From NCBI GenBank assembly GCA_040954595.2, contig CM082585.2, positions 1,704,902 through 1,768,901 on the forward strand: 64,000 nt of DNA. The letters are read 5' to 3'. The notes beneath the pieces are model-generated. The model was not told the DNA's origin. It worked only from the letters and a program-made list of their open reading frames with translations, and did no database searches. This stretch comes from Balanoglossus misakiensis. Its lineage: Eukaryota > Animalia > Hemichordata. The translations under genes were made by a program, and so were the position numbers. This document shows positions 41,001-50,323 of the stretch, piece by piece. The number at the start of each line of letters is the position of its first letter. Position 1 is the first letter of the stretch.

Positions 41001-43371
41001 ACGGATAGTTCTAAAATTTCCATGGTTGCTTCCAAACACAGCCTCGTTTGTTTACAAAATTCTGTTGTGATGCGCAGAACACATATATAGGCCTATGCGC
41101 ATAAGAACGTTTTCCACTAGACTCTGTATATCCACGGATAGCTGTAAAATTGCCATGTTTGCTTCCAAACAGCCTCGTTTATTTACGGAATTCTGTTTTT
41201 AGGCGCAGAACACATAGATAGGCATATGTGCATAAGAAAGTTTTCCACTATAGACTCTGTAGATCGAGAGATAGTTCTAAAATGTCCATGGTTGCTTCCA
41301 AACACAGCCTCGTTTGTTTACAAAATTCTGTTGTGATGCGCAGAACACATATATAGGCCTATGCGCAAAAGAACGTTTTCCACTAGACTCTGTAGATCGA
41401 CGGATAGCTGTAAAATTTCCATGGTTGCTTCCAAACTGCCTCGTTTATTTACCGATTTCTGTTGTGAGGCGCAGAACACATGATAGGCCTATGCGCATAA
41501 GACATTTTTCCACTAGACTCTGTAGATCGACGGATAGTTCTAACATTTCAATGGTTGCTTCCAAACAGCCTCGTTTATTTACGGAATTCTGTTGTGAGGC
41601 GCAGAACACGTAATAGGCCTATGCGCATTAGAAAATTTTCCACAAGACTCTGTAGATCGACGGATAGTTGTAAAATGTCCATGGTTGCTTCCAAATACAG
41701 CCTCGTTTATTTACCGATTTCTGTTGTGATGCGCATAACACATATATAGGCCTATGCGCAAAAGAACGTTTTCCACTAGACTCTGTAGATCGACGGATAG
41801 CTGTAAAATTTCCATGTTTGCTTGCAAACAGCCTCGTTTATTTACGGAATTCTGTTTTGAGGCGCAGAACACATGATAGGCCTATGCGCATACGACATTT
41901 TTCCACTAGACTCTGTAGATCGACGGATAGTTGTAAAATGTCCATGGTTGCTTCCAAATAACCTCGTTTGTTTACCGAATTCTGTTGTGATGCGCAGAAC
42001 ACATATATAGGCCTATGCGCATAAGAACGTTTTCCACTAGACTCTGTAGATCGACGGATAGTTGTAAAATGTTCATGGTTGCTTCCAAATACAGCCTCGT
42101 TTATTTACCGATTTCTGTTGTGATGCGCATAACACATAGATAGGCCTATGCGCATTATAACGTTTTCCACTAGACTCTGTAGATCGACGGATAGTTGTAA
42201 AATTTCCATGGTTGCTTCCAAACAGCCTCGTTTATTTACCGAATTCTGTTGTTAGGCGCAGAACACGTTATAGGCCTATGCGCATAAGAAAGTTTTCCAC
42301 CAGACTCTGTAGATCGACGGATAGTTGTAAAATTTCCATGGTTGCTTCCAAACAGCCTCGTTTATTTACCGAATTCTGTTGTTAGGCGCAGAACACGTTA
42401 TAGGCCTATGCGCATAAGAAAGTTTTCCACCAGACTCTGTAGATGGACTGATAGTTGTAAAATTTCCATGGTTGCTTCCAAACAGCCTCGTTTATTTACT
42501 GATTTCTGTTGTGAGGCGCAGAACACATGATAGGCCAATGCGCATAAGACATTTTTCCACTAGACTCTGTAGATCGACGGATAGTTGTAAAATTTCCATG
42601 GTTGCTTCCAAACAACCTCGTTTGTTTACCGAATTCTGTTGTGATGCGCAGAACACATATATAGGCCTATGCGCATAAGAACGTTTTCCACTAGACTCTG
42701 TAGATCGACGGATAGTTGTAAAATGTTCATGGTTGCTTCCAAATACAGCCTCGTTTATTTACCGATTTCTGTTGTGATGCGCATAACACATAGATAGGCC
42801 TATGCGCATTATAACGTTTTCCACTAGACTCTGTAGATCGACGGATAGTTGTAAAATTTCCATGGTTGCTTCCAAACAGCCTCGTTTATTTACCGAATTC
42901 TGTTGTTAGGCGCAGAACACGTTATAGGCCTATGCGCATAAGAAAGTTTTCCACCAGACTCTGTAGATCGACGGATAGTTGTAAAATTTCCATGGTTGCT
43001 TCCAAACAGCCTCGTTTATTTACCGAATTCTGTTGTTAGGCGCAGAACACGTTATAGGCCTATGCGCATAAGAAAGTTTTCCACCAGACTCTGTAGATGG
43101 ACTGATAGTTGTAAAATTTCCATGGTTGCTTCCAAACAGCCTCGTTTATTTACTGATTTCTGTTGTGAGGCGCAGAACACATGATAGGCCAATGCGCATA
43201 AGACATTTTTCCACTAGACTCTGTAGATCGACGGATAGTTGTAAAATTTCCATGGTTGCTTCCAAACAACCTCGTTTGTTTACGAATTCTGTTGTGATGC
43301 GCAGAACACATATATAGGGCTATGCGCATAAGAAAGTTTTCCACCAGACTCCGTAGATCGACGGATAGTTG
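11017..43371 (+). repeat. Satellite array, about 131-bp monomer (mostly 129-134 bp), left of the retrotransposon
   Basis: Head-to-tail copies of ATGCGCAGAACACATAGATAGGCCTATGCGCATAAGAAAGTTTTCCACTAGACTCTGTAGATCGACGGATAGTTSTAAAATTTCCATGGTTGCTTCCAAACAGCCTCGTTTATTTACCGAATTCTGTTGTG; higher-order periods such as 2623 bp are visible from recurring variants. Confidence 0.99.
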
Positions 43372-44173
43372 TGTGGCACTGATTTTCTGTACTTCAATAG
43401 TTCTGTACTTCAATAGTTCTGTCTTATTGTCATTGCGTTGTGTTGTTTTCTGTTGATCAGTGTCACAGTACCGCTCACACATAATAAACTCAGCCGACAC
43501 CAGTTATGGCTTCACATTGCTTGTTTTATTTTCTTCAGCATCGCCTGCATGGTGAGGGACGCCATGATGTAGGAGGGAAAAGAACGTACACTGAGTTATG
43601 GGTTCAATAAATGGGGTTTCAACAATCCACAGTAAGCTAGGGTGTCTAGTCATGTGACGCACTACATGGCCTGTGTGAAGCTTACAAAACTCTGAAAACA
43701 CTAAATAAAATAGCTTGATATACCAAAGGTAGTCATATCTGTTTGTTTAAATTGTATGGAAACCACTGAACAACGATATATTGGCAGGTAAGTACGAAAT
43801 GGTCAGGAACTGACACATGGGAATAACATGCACGACAATAGGCACTGCACACAAGCCTACAAATGGTAAGTACAGAGTGGAATAAAACTGGAAGAACCAT
43901 GAAAAATATCCAACATCAAACACTGAAACTTTCAACGAGTGTTCTCAAAATGTTACTTTTGTCCGTGGTATAACATGGGGCATGGATGCCAACCTTTACA
44001 TAGAAAATATTCGATAGAAATCTGGACGCTACAAATACACTTGCCTGCATGGTGAGGGACGCCATGATGTAGGACGTTCTCCCCCTGCAGGCTCGTGAGG
44101 GCGCTATGCATGGCAATGATCTCAACAATAGAAAAGTACTGCCCGGGTAAAAGTGGAAAAACTCCCGGCGACA
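43372..44173 (-). repeat. 3' LTR (802 bp)
   Basis: TGTGGCACTG...CCCGGCGACA; direct repeat of 50324-51125 at offset 6952. Confidence 0.98.
43525..43530 (-). terminator. Candidate polyadenylation signal AATAAA in the 3' LTR
   Basis: Minus-strand AATAAA followed about 40 nt later by a GU-rich stretch GTTTATTATGTGTG. Confidence 0.55.
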
Positions 44174-44183
44174 CTCTCCCCCT
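44174..44183 (-). other. Polypurine tract
   Basis: AGGGGGAGAG immediately abutting the 3' LTR TG on the minus strand. Confidence 0.92.
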
Positions 44184-44290
44184 GTTTGGGAAACGGTGTC
44201 CTCAACGTTTTTTTTTTTTTCATCAAAAATTTAACAATAACGCGAACATTTCAAAGAATTTGTTTTTGTTGTGATCTACATGAAACTGAT

Positions 44291-47200
44291 TTAAACCTCG
44301 ATCATAGGTCCCACACATTGTTCTGGGTGAGTATGTCCTGTAGCTCTGGCAACTATGGATAAAATATAAGATCCTAATCTGTCGGGTGGTCTCCGCTGTC
44401 TTTGTGGATATCGGCGAGGTGTTGTCTCTGGCTGTTCCAGGGTGTTGCTGTGATCGGTTGGCGGTGTATGTATAGTGGCGGGATTATCCTTGGATGACTG
44501 GTGTTGCCCTTGTGTGGAAGCATCCGGTGCACCAGGAGTACAAGTGGATGGTGTCACTGATATATGGTTATCTGGTGTATAACCGGTGGTCGGCATCTGG
44601 GCTGTCAATGGTTCTGGGCTGCTGATCCCTTTAGGCTGGACTGCAACTGCGGGTTCTTCCGTAGGGGTCAGCCCTGTGAGTTCTGGCTCGGCTACCAATT
44701 CTACCATGTCTCCTTCGGCCTCTGAATCACAGTCGGTCCCCCCAGCAGTGGCACAAGTGACTGGACCGCTGGCACCACCCACCACTGGCCTGGTTGGCTG
44801 ACCTCCAGACTCCACTGGTAGGAATGAGCATAACTTGAGCATGTTGCGATGCACTGTTTTCTCTCTGTCCTCTATCTCAGACTTAACCACATAGACGGGA
44901 ATGTCTGGTTGTTTCTTCACTACGATATAGGGTGTTGTTTCCCACCGGTCCCCTATTTTGTGTTTGCCTGTCTCTTTCAGCTGTACCAGGACTCTATCGC
45001 CGGGGGACAGGCTCTCTGCCTTTGCCTTACTATCATACTGCTTCTTCTGCCTTTGTCTTGCTTCATCTGCATTGGCACTTGCTTCTCTGTAGGCGATCTT
45101 CAACCGCTCTCTGAGTGCGTCAACATAGTCTGAATACTCGACTGGCTCTTCCTTGTCCGATGAGGTGTTGAATACAAGGTCTACTGGCAGGCGTGGACAT
45201 CTCCCAAACATGAGAAAGAAAGGTGAGTATCCCGTGGACTCATGCCTGGCACAGTTGTAAGCATGGGTCAAGGTTTCAACGTGCTCTTTCCAGTCGGTTT
45301 TCTGGGACGGATCCAGGGTTCCAAGCATATTGAGAAGCGTTTGGTTAAATCTCTCTGTCATCCCATTTCCCTGGGGGTGATATGGTGTGGTATGACTCTT
45401 CACGGTATTGGTAATGCTACACAACTCGCGTATCAATGAGCTTTCGAAATTACGTCCCTGGTCTGCATGAAGGCGACGTGGAAAGCCGTAATGACATATC
45501 AGATTCTTCCAAAGAATTCTAGCTACAGTTGAAGCCTTCTGGTTTGGAGTGGGGAAGGCCTGGGCGTAACGAGAGAAATGATCCGTTACCACAAGTATGT
45601 TCTCTATGCCTCCTTTGGATGGCTCAAGTGTCAAGAAGTCAATGCATACTAGTTCCATTGGCTCGGAAGTTCTAATGTTGACAAGGGGTGCCCGGATGTT
45701 GGACGCCGTTTTCCTCAGGCAACAGCGCGTGCACTGCTCACACCACGTCTTCACCTGGACAAACATCTGTGGCCAGTAAAATCGTGCACGTATGAGGTCT
45801 AATGTTTTGTCCAGGCCAAGGTGTCCCATCTCACTATGTAGCTTCTGGAAGACATCCCTTCGGTACTTACATGGAAGAACCATCTGGAAAACTTCAGCTC
45901 CTTGAGGTGGACGAACTTGTCTGTACAGTATGCCATCCTTGACCTGTAGTCGGTCCCACTGGTAGAGCAACAGCCTTGTCTCTTTGGATTCACTCCTTAG
46001 TTGCCTCTGGCTGGGTTTTCTCGATGAGCTACGCAGGAAAACTGCTCTCTGAATTGACGAGTCTTCCTCTTGACACAGTCTCAACATTGACGGTGTCATA
46101 CCGGGCAAGGCATCTGAGGCCGCCGCTTCTGGTCTCGACTCACCATCCACAAGGGCCTTGCTGTTCACCATACTACATACGGCTTTGAAGTGTTGAGCAA
46201 CCTCTTCACGTGGCATCCTAGAGAGACCATCCGCATTGGCGTTGTTCTTGCCCGGCCTGTACTTGATATCAAAGTTAAACATGGACAGCTGAGAAACCCA
46301 CCGCTGGCCTGTAGCATCCAATTTTGCGGTGGACATGACGTAGATTAGGGGGTTGTTGTCTGTCAGTACAGTAAAGTAATTGCCGTAAAGGTAGTCCCTC
46401 AGTTTGTCGGTGATAGCCCATTTGAGGCACAAAAACTCTAACTTATGTGCAGGGTATCTGGTTTCTGAAGGTGACAATCCTCTGCTGCAATATGATATAA
46501 CTCTGTCTCTGCCCTCCTGATTCTGGACTAGTACAGCACCTAGACCTTCTCCGGATGCATCTGTATGAAGGACAAATGGCTTCGAGAAGTCGGGGTATCC
46601 AAGGATGGGAGCAGACAAAAGTTTATCCTTCAAACAACAAAAAGCGTCCTCACACTCGCTGGACCAGACAAATGGTGGGGCAGGCTTGGGTGCCTTTCCT
46701 CCTTTCACTTTCTTTCTGGGGTCTCCCGAAGTCAAACGGTACAGAGGCGCCGCTATGGTGCTGTAACCCTTGATAAACCGACGGTAGTACCCAGTGAAGC
46801 CAAGGTACTTTAGTAGGTCCTTACGGTTTCTAGGTCTGGGCCATTCTTTCACAGCTTTCAATTTCTCTGGGTCCGTGCTGATACCGTCTGCCGACACTCG
46901 ATGCCCCAGGTAACTTACTTCCCTTTGCAGAAGGCTGCACTTCTGGGGTTTCAGTTTCAACCCGTGTTGACGTAGTCGGTCAAACACCATTTGGAGCCTG
47001 GTAAGGTGTTCATCAAAGGTACGGGAAAATATGATGATATCATCCAGGTAGATGATGACTGTGGAAAAGTTCTGGTCGCCCAAGCAAGCTGTCATAAGTC
47101 TGGAGAACGACGCTGGTGCATTTGTAAGACCGAAAGGCATTCGGTTCGCCTCAAAGAGTCCCATGGGGGTTGTGAATGCTGTCTTGTACTTATCCTTTTC

Positions 47201-48685
47201 AGCAATCTCCATCTGCCAATATCCAGAGGTAAGGTCCAGCGTAGAGAAGTACTTTGCCTGCCCAAGGGCCTCCAGCGCATCATCAATACGGGGCATGGGA
47301 AATGCATCTTTGATGGAACGTTTATTGAGTTCACGGTAATCGATACAGATCCTGGGAGAGCCATCCTTTTTGCGCACAATAACGATGGGAGACGCATAAG
47401 GGCTCTTGCTGGGTCTAATCACTCCCGCTGACTCCATGTCTGCAATATGCTCTTTGATCTCTTGGTACTGCGTTGGGGGTATTCTACGGGGTGGTAACCG
47501 AAATGGCTGGTTGTCCACAAGCGGTATTTCGTGCTGGATGGTAGTCGTTCTACCGTAGTCCATAGAATGTTTTGAGAACACATCGGCATTCTTCCGCAGG
47601 AGATCCTTTAAAGCTTGAAGCTGTTCAAGGTTATCTGCTGCTACACCACTCGAATCGACAGGAGGGATACCATCCCATGCAGACTGCGTAGTACTCTGAC
47701 ATTGGGGTGGACTCAGTCGTGGAGGTGCATGATCACGCCCGGACTGCATTGTTCTGCGGTTCCTGGACCTGCCCTTTCTAGTACTGTTTTGCTTATGTTT
47801 GTCTGATTTCCTGGGTTCCCTGAGGGCTGGAAGGTCATCCTCGCTCTCTACAGCATGCAACTCTGCAACGCAGGTCTTTGGCCAGATGACCAGGGGCTTA
47901 GACGAGTAATTACAAACTCTTACGCTTGTCTGTCCTCCGTCAATATCGGCTAGTACTCTGCCAATAGCCAACCCATCTGGAACACATCGAGTTTGCGGGC
48001 CTTCTATGAGTGCAGTGTACATCATCCTGGCGGGACCCCTTGGCACACTACAGGGAATGTGGGCCTCTTCTCCTGGTGGTATAGTCATGGGCCGACGGCC
48101 CCTGTATTTTGCTTGACCTATCAATCCAGACTTCCCACCAAGCTCTGTTTTCCCCACTTGCCTATAGGCACTATACCATACTTCTGATGTCCGTTTAACT
48201 TGGCTATGGTAGCAGTGTCCATGTATGGCTCTCAAATCGTTGCGGCTAGTACGTATCACATTCGTTCCAATCAACAATGGCACTTTCTTGCGATACGCTG
48301 TATGTGGGACAACAAATACCGGTACTTGCTTATATGTCCGCCCAAGAAATGTCAAGTCTAACCGTGTCACACCGTAATGAGGAACACTCTGGCCTCCCGC
48401 CCCTTCAATAGTAATGTCTGCAGATTCCAATGTTCTACTGGATAGCTGAGGATGAGACTGCAGGAAGTCTTCGGTCACTGTGGTTACTTGGGAACCTGTG
48501 TCTACCAGGGTACTACACTTAATGCCATTCACTTCCACCAATGTCTCGTTCAATGGTCCAACCAATGGGTCTACCACCTCCACTCCAGATCGAACTTGTA
48601 ATGAATCTGCTTTCTGTTGACGAGGGGGACTAACTGTGTCAACACCTGCGGAATGTCCCTCTTCCACAGGTTGAACTAGTTTAAA
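44291..48685 (-). CDS. pol: Pol polyprotein (aspartic protease, RT, RNase H, integrase), expressed as Gag-Pol by -1 frameshift
   Basis: Uninterrupted ORF 44291-48754. Protease LVDTGSQVT; RT DLTSGYWQ, RMPFGLTNAP, YLDD; RNase H TDAS, TDNNPL, DGLSR; integrase HSEMGH..CEQCTRC, CIDF, HADQGRNF, ERFNQTL. No in-frame ATG before the protease. Confidence 0.97.
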   Translation of the reverse strand, partial: FKLVQPVEEGHSAGVDTVSPPRQQKADSLQVRSGVEVVDPLVGPLNETLVEVNGIKCSTLVDTGSQVTTVTEDFLQSHPQLSSRTLESADITIEGAGGQSVPHYGVTRLDLTFLGRTYKQVPVFVVPHTAYRKKVPLLIGTNVIRTSRNDLRAIHGHCYHSQVKRTSEVWYSAYRQVGKTELGGKSGLIGQAKYRGRRPMTIPPGEEAHIPCSVPRGPARMMYTALIEGPQTRCVPDGLAIGRVLADIDGGQTSVRVCNYSSKPLVIWPKTCVAELHAVESEDDLPALREPRKSDKHKQNSTRKGRSRNRRTMQSGRDHAPPRLSPPQCQSTTQSAWDGIPPVDSSGVAADNLEQLQALKDLLRKNADVFSKHSMDYGRTTTIQHEIPLVDNQPFRLPPRRIPPTQYQEIKEHIADMESAGVIRPSKSPYASPIVIVRKKDGSPRICIDYRELNKRSIKDAFPMPRIDDALEALGQAKYFSTLDLTSGYWQMEIAEKDKYKTAFTTPMGLFEANRMPFGLTNAPASFSRLMTACLGDQNFSTVIIYLDDIIIFSRTFDEHLTRLQMVFDRLRQHGLKLKPQKCSLLQREVSYLGHRVSADGISTDPEKLKAVKEWPRPRNRKDLLKYLGFTGYYRRFIKGYSTIAAPLYRLTSGDPRKKVKGGKAPKPAPPFVWSSECEDAFCCLKDKLLSAPILGYPDFSKPFVLHTDASGEGLGAVLVQNQEGRDRVISYCSRGLSPSETRYPAHKLEFLCLKWAITDKLRDYLYGNYFTVLTDNNPLIYVMSTAKLDATGQRWVSQLSMFNFDIKYRPGKNNANADGLSRMPREEVAQHFKAVCSMVNSKALVDGESRPEAAASDALPGMTPSMLRLCQEEDSSIQRAVFLRSSSRKPSQRQLRSESKETRLLLYQWDRLQVKDGILYRQVRPPQGAEVFQMVLPCKYRRDVFQKLHSEMGHLGLDKTLDLIRARFYWPQMFVQVKTWCEQCTRCCLRKTASNIRAPLVNIRTSEPMELVCIDFLTLEPSKGGIENILVVTDHFSRYAQAFPTPNQKASTVARILWKNLICHYGFPRRLHADQGRNFESSLIRELCSITNTVKSHTTPYHPQGNGMTERFNQTLLNMLGTLDPSQKTDWKEHVETLTHAYNCARHESTGYSPFFLMFGRCPRLPVDLVFNTSSDKEEPVEYSDYVDALRERLKIAYREASANADEARQRQKKQYDSKAKAESLSPGDRVLVQLKETGKHKIGDRWETTPYIVVKKQPDIPVYVVKSEIEDREKTVHRNMLKLCSFLPVESGGQPTRPVVGGASGPVTCATAGGTDCDSEAEGDMVELVAEPELTGLTPTEEPAVAVQPKGISSPEPLTAQMPTTGYTPDNHISVTPSTCTPGAPDASTQGQHQSSKDNPATIHTPPTDHSNTLEQPETTPRRYPQRQRRPPDRLGSYILSIVARATGHTHPEQCVGPMIEV
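48614..48685 (-). promoter_or_regulatory. -1 ribosomal frameshift signal: slippery heptamer U UUA AAC plus downstream RNA structure
   Basis: TTTAAAC (48685-48679) directly before the gag TAG; pol is in the -1 frame; 7-nt spacer, then 10-bp stem ACCUGUGGAA/UUCCGCAGGU. Confidence 0.88.
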
Positions 48686-50010
48686 GGTGTAGCTGTATGA
48701 TGTCCAGCACCACTGGGTGATCCCCTGGACTTCTGGATGGGTTTGGAACAACATCCCTTAGCTATATGTCCTTTACCACCACAACGATGACACACAGTAT
48801 TCTCATCAAACCGTGGAGCTGGCTTTCTGTTAGCTGCTGCTGGATCTGGTTTACCAGCCGTACACATCGGTGTACTGCTGCTCTGATCAGATGGTTGTTT
48901 CGGTGCGTTGGTGGCCTTCGCTTCCAGTTTGGCAAGTCGTGCAGCCTGCTGTTCCTGGTTCAGTGCAATTTGTTGTAGTAACTGGGTGACTTGTGCCATG
49001 GACTGGTCGACTCCTGGTGTCTGATCTGGTATGAATGACACCGACTGATTGCCCGTCTGATCATGGTTATCTCTCGCAAAATGCGGTTGAGTCTGGCCTT
49101 TCTTCGATTTGTTTGCTGTTTGCCTACCTTCTCTGGCTAGATGACGAAGCTCAGCCCTAAGTTCAGCAAAGGTCATTTGTCTCGGTTTCATAGGAGCCAG
49201 TCGATTGAAAACACTTTGATCGTGCAAACCCTTCATAAACTGCTGGGTAAGTTTATAGTCTCTGTCCATGTAGGGTCGACCACGGTTCATTCTCTCCTCT
49301 ACCTGTCGCAACATATCTTCTAGGGCTATTGCATAGGAGCTTGCTGACTCATCTGAACGTTGTCGTCTTTCATAGAAGCTGCCCATCGGGTCCATAGACA
49401 GACATCCCTCTCCATATTCGGCGCGCAATTCATCGAAAGCACGACTCAGGGTTTGTTGTGATGGTGGGAGGTTGAGGACCAATTTCCTTGCTTCGCCACT
49501 TAAGTGTCGTATGATGGTGGCAAACTGCAGGTATTCTGGCATTGTACCGGCTTCGAATAAGTATTGGATGTCTCTGATCCAGTCCTCCACAAGCACTTTC
49601 CCATCTGGATTCCCGCTGAAAATCGGTACACCACGCACTTGATGTGATGAGTTCATTCTATACTGAGAAACGGGTGGTGGGTTCAAAGCCGGTTGGAATG
49701 ATGGCTGTACAGGTGGTACTGCTGGTTGTGGACAGAAATATGGGGTGGACTGAAAGTTTGGTTGAAACAAATTACTGGAGGCAAGGAACATGCTTGGTTG
49801 CTGCATAACTGGTTGGCTGTGCGGGGTATTGGGATCATAGTTACCCTGGTTCACCGGTCTGTGTGGGGTTGTCATGGTGATGGGGGGTTGTTGCGGAGTG
49901 GGTGGAACTGCTTCCCGTGGATTTTGGATGTCATCCCCTTCAACAAGGTCAAAGGTCATCAAATCGTCAACAGTTGTGTTCTGCATATTTGGTAATAAAC
50001 TGCTACTCAT
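48676..50010 (-). CDS. gag: Gag (PNMA/Ma-like capsid plus CCHC zinc knuckle), 444 aa
   Basis: PIFSG...VEDWI..., YG..., ERRQRSDESASSYAIALE (MHR-like) and QQFMKGL capsid motifs; CHRCGGKGHIAKGC knuckle; Pro/Gln-rich N-terminus. Confidence 0.95.
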   Translation of the reverse strand: MSSSLLPNMQNTTVDDLMTFDLVEGDDIQNPREAVPPTPQQPPITMTTPHRPVNQGNYDPNTPHSQPVMQQPSMFLASSNLFQPNFQSTPYFCPQPAVPPVQPSFQPALNPPPVSQYRMNSSHQVRGVPIFSGNPDGKVLVEDWIRDIQYLFEAGTMPEYLQFATIIRHLSGEARKLVLNLPPSQQTLSRAFDELRAEYGEGCLSMDPMGSFYERRQRSDESASSYAIALEDMLRQVEERMNRGRPYMDRDYKLTQQFMKGLHDQSVFNRLAPMKPRQMTFAELRAELRHLAREGRQTANKSKKGQTQPHFARDNHDQTGNQSVSFIPDQTPGVDQSMAQVTQLLQQIALNQEQQAARLAKLEAKATNAPKQPSDQSSSTPMCTAGKPDPAAANRKPAPRFDENTVCHRCGGKGHIAKGCCSKPIQKSRGSPSGAGHHTATPLN

Positions 50011-50303
50011 GGGTTGGTATATTTGTACGGAATACTGCTACAAACCACTGGCACTCAATGTACTGCTCTAAGCAGAGTTCAGTAAACACTGTTCTTTTCT
50101 TTCACAGTTCACTGTTCAAATGTTTGTCTGCAAAATGTGTGTGTGTTTCTTTTTTTTTTTTTTTTTTTTAAAATGTCGACAGGCAAGTTCCTTGTGGAGC
50201 AGTCAACAACTCGCACACAATACAGCAACTCTGCATACACTGGACTTCCGCTGGCTGAATCAGCATACACACATAAACTGGATACGGTCGTAACTGTGGA
50301 TCA

Positions 50304-50321
50304 ATCCTGGTCTCGGCACCA
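50304..50321 (-). other. Primer-binding site, most similar to tRNA-His
   Basis: TGGTGCCGAGACCAGGAT, 2 nt inside the 5' LTR; complementary to the recalled invertebrate tRNA-His(GUG) 3' end AUCCUGGUCACGGCACCA except at one base. Confidence 0.8.
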
Positions 50322-50323
50322 GA

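Noticed and set aside
43504-44174. Short ORFs within the LTRs
   Set aside because: Duplicated only because the LTRs are duplicated; no coding signature.
44174-44290. env-like third ORF
   Set aside because: Only about 117 bp lie between the pol stop and the 3' LTR.
48686-48754. Independent pol start at 48754
   Set aside because: TTG start inside gag; the slippery site with downstream structure explains pol expression better.
44586-50171. Short ORFs overlapping gag/pol, e.g. 46991-47431 (+, 146 aa)
   Set aside because: Shadow frames of the real coding sequence with no motifs.
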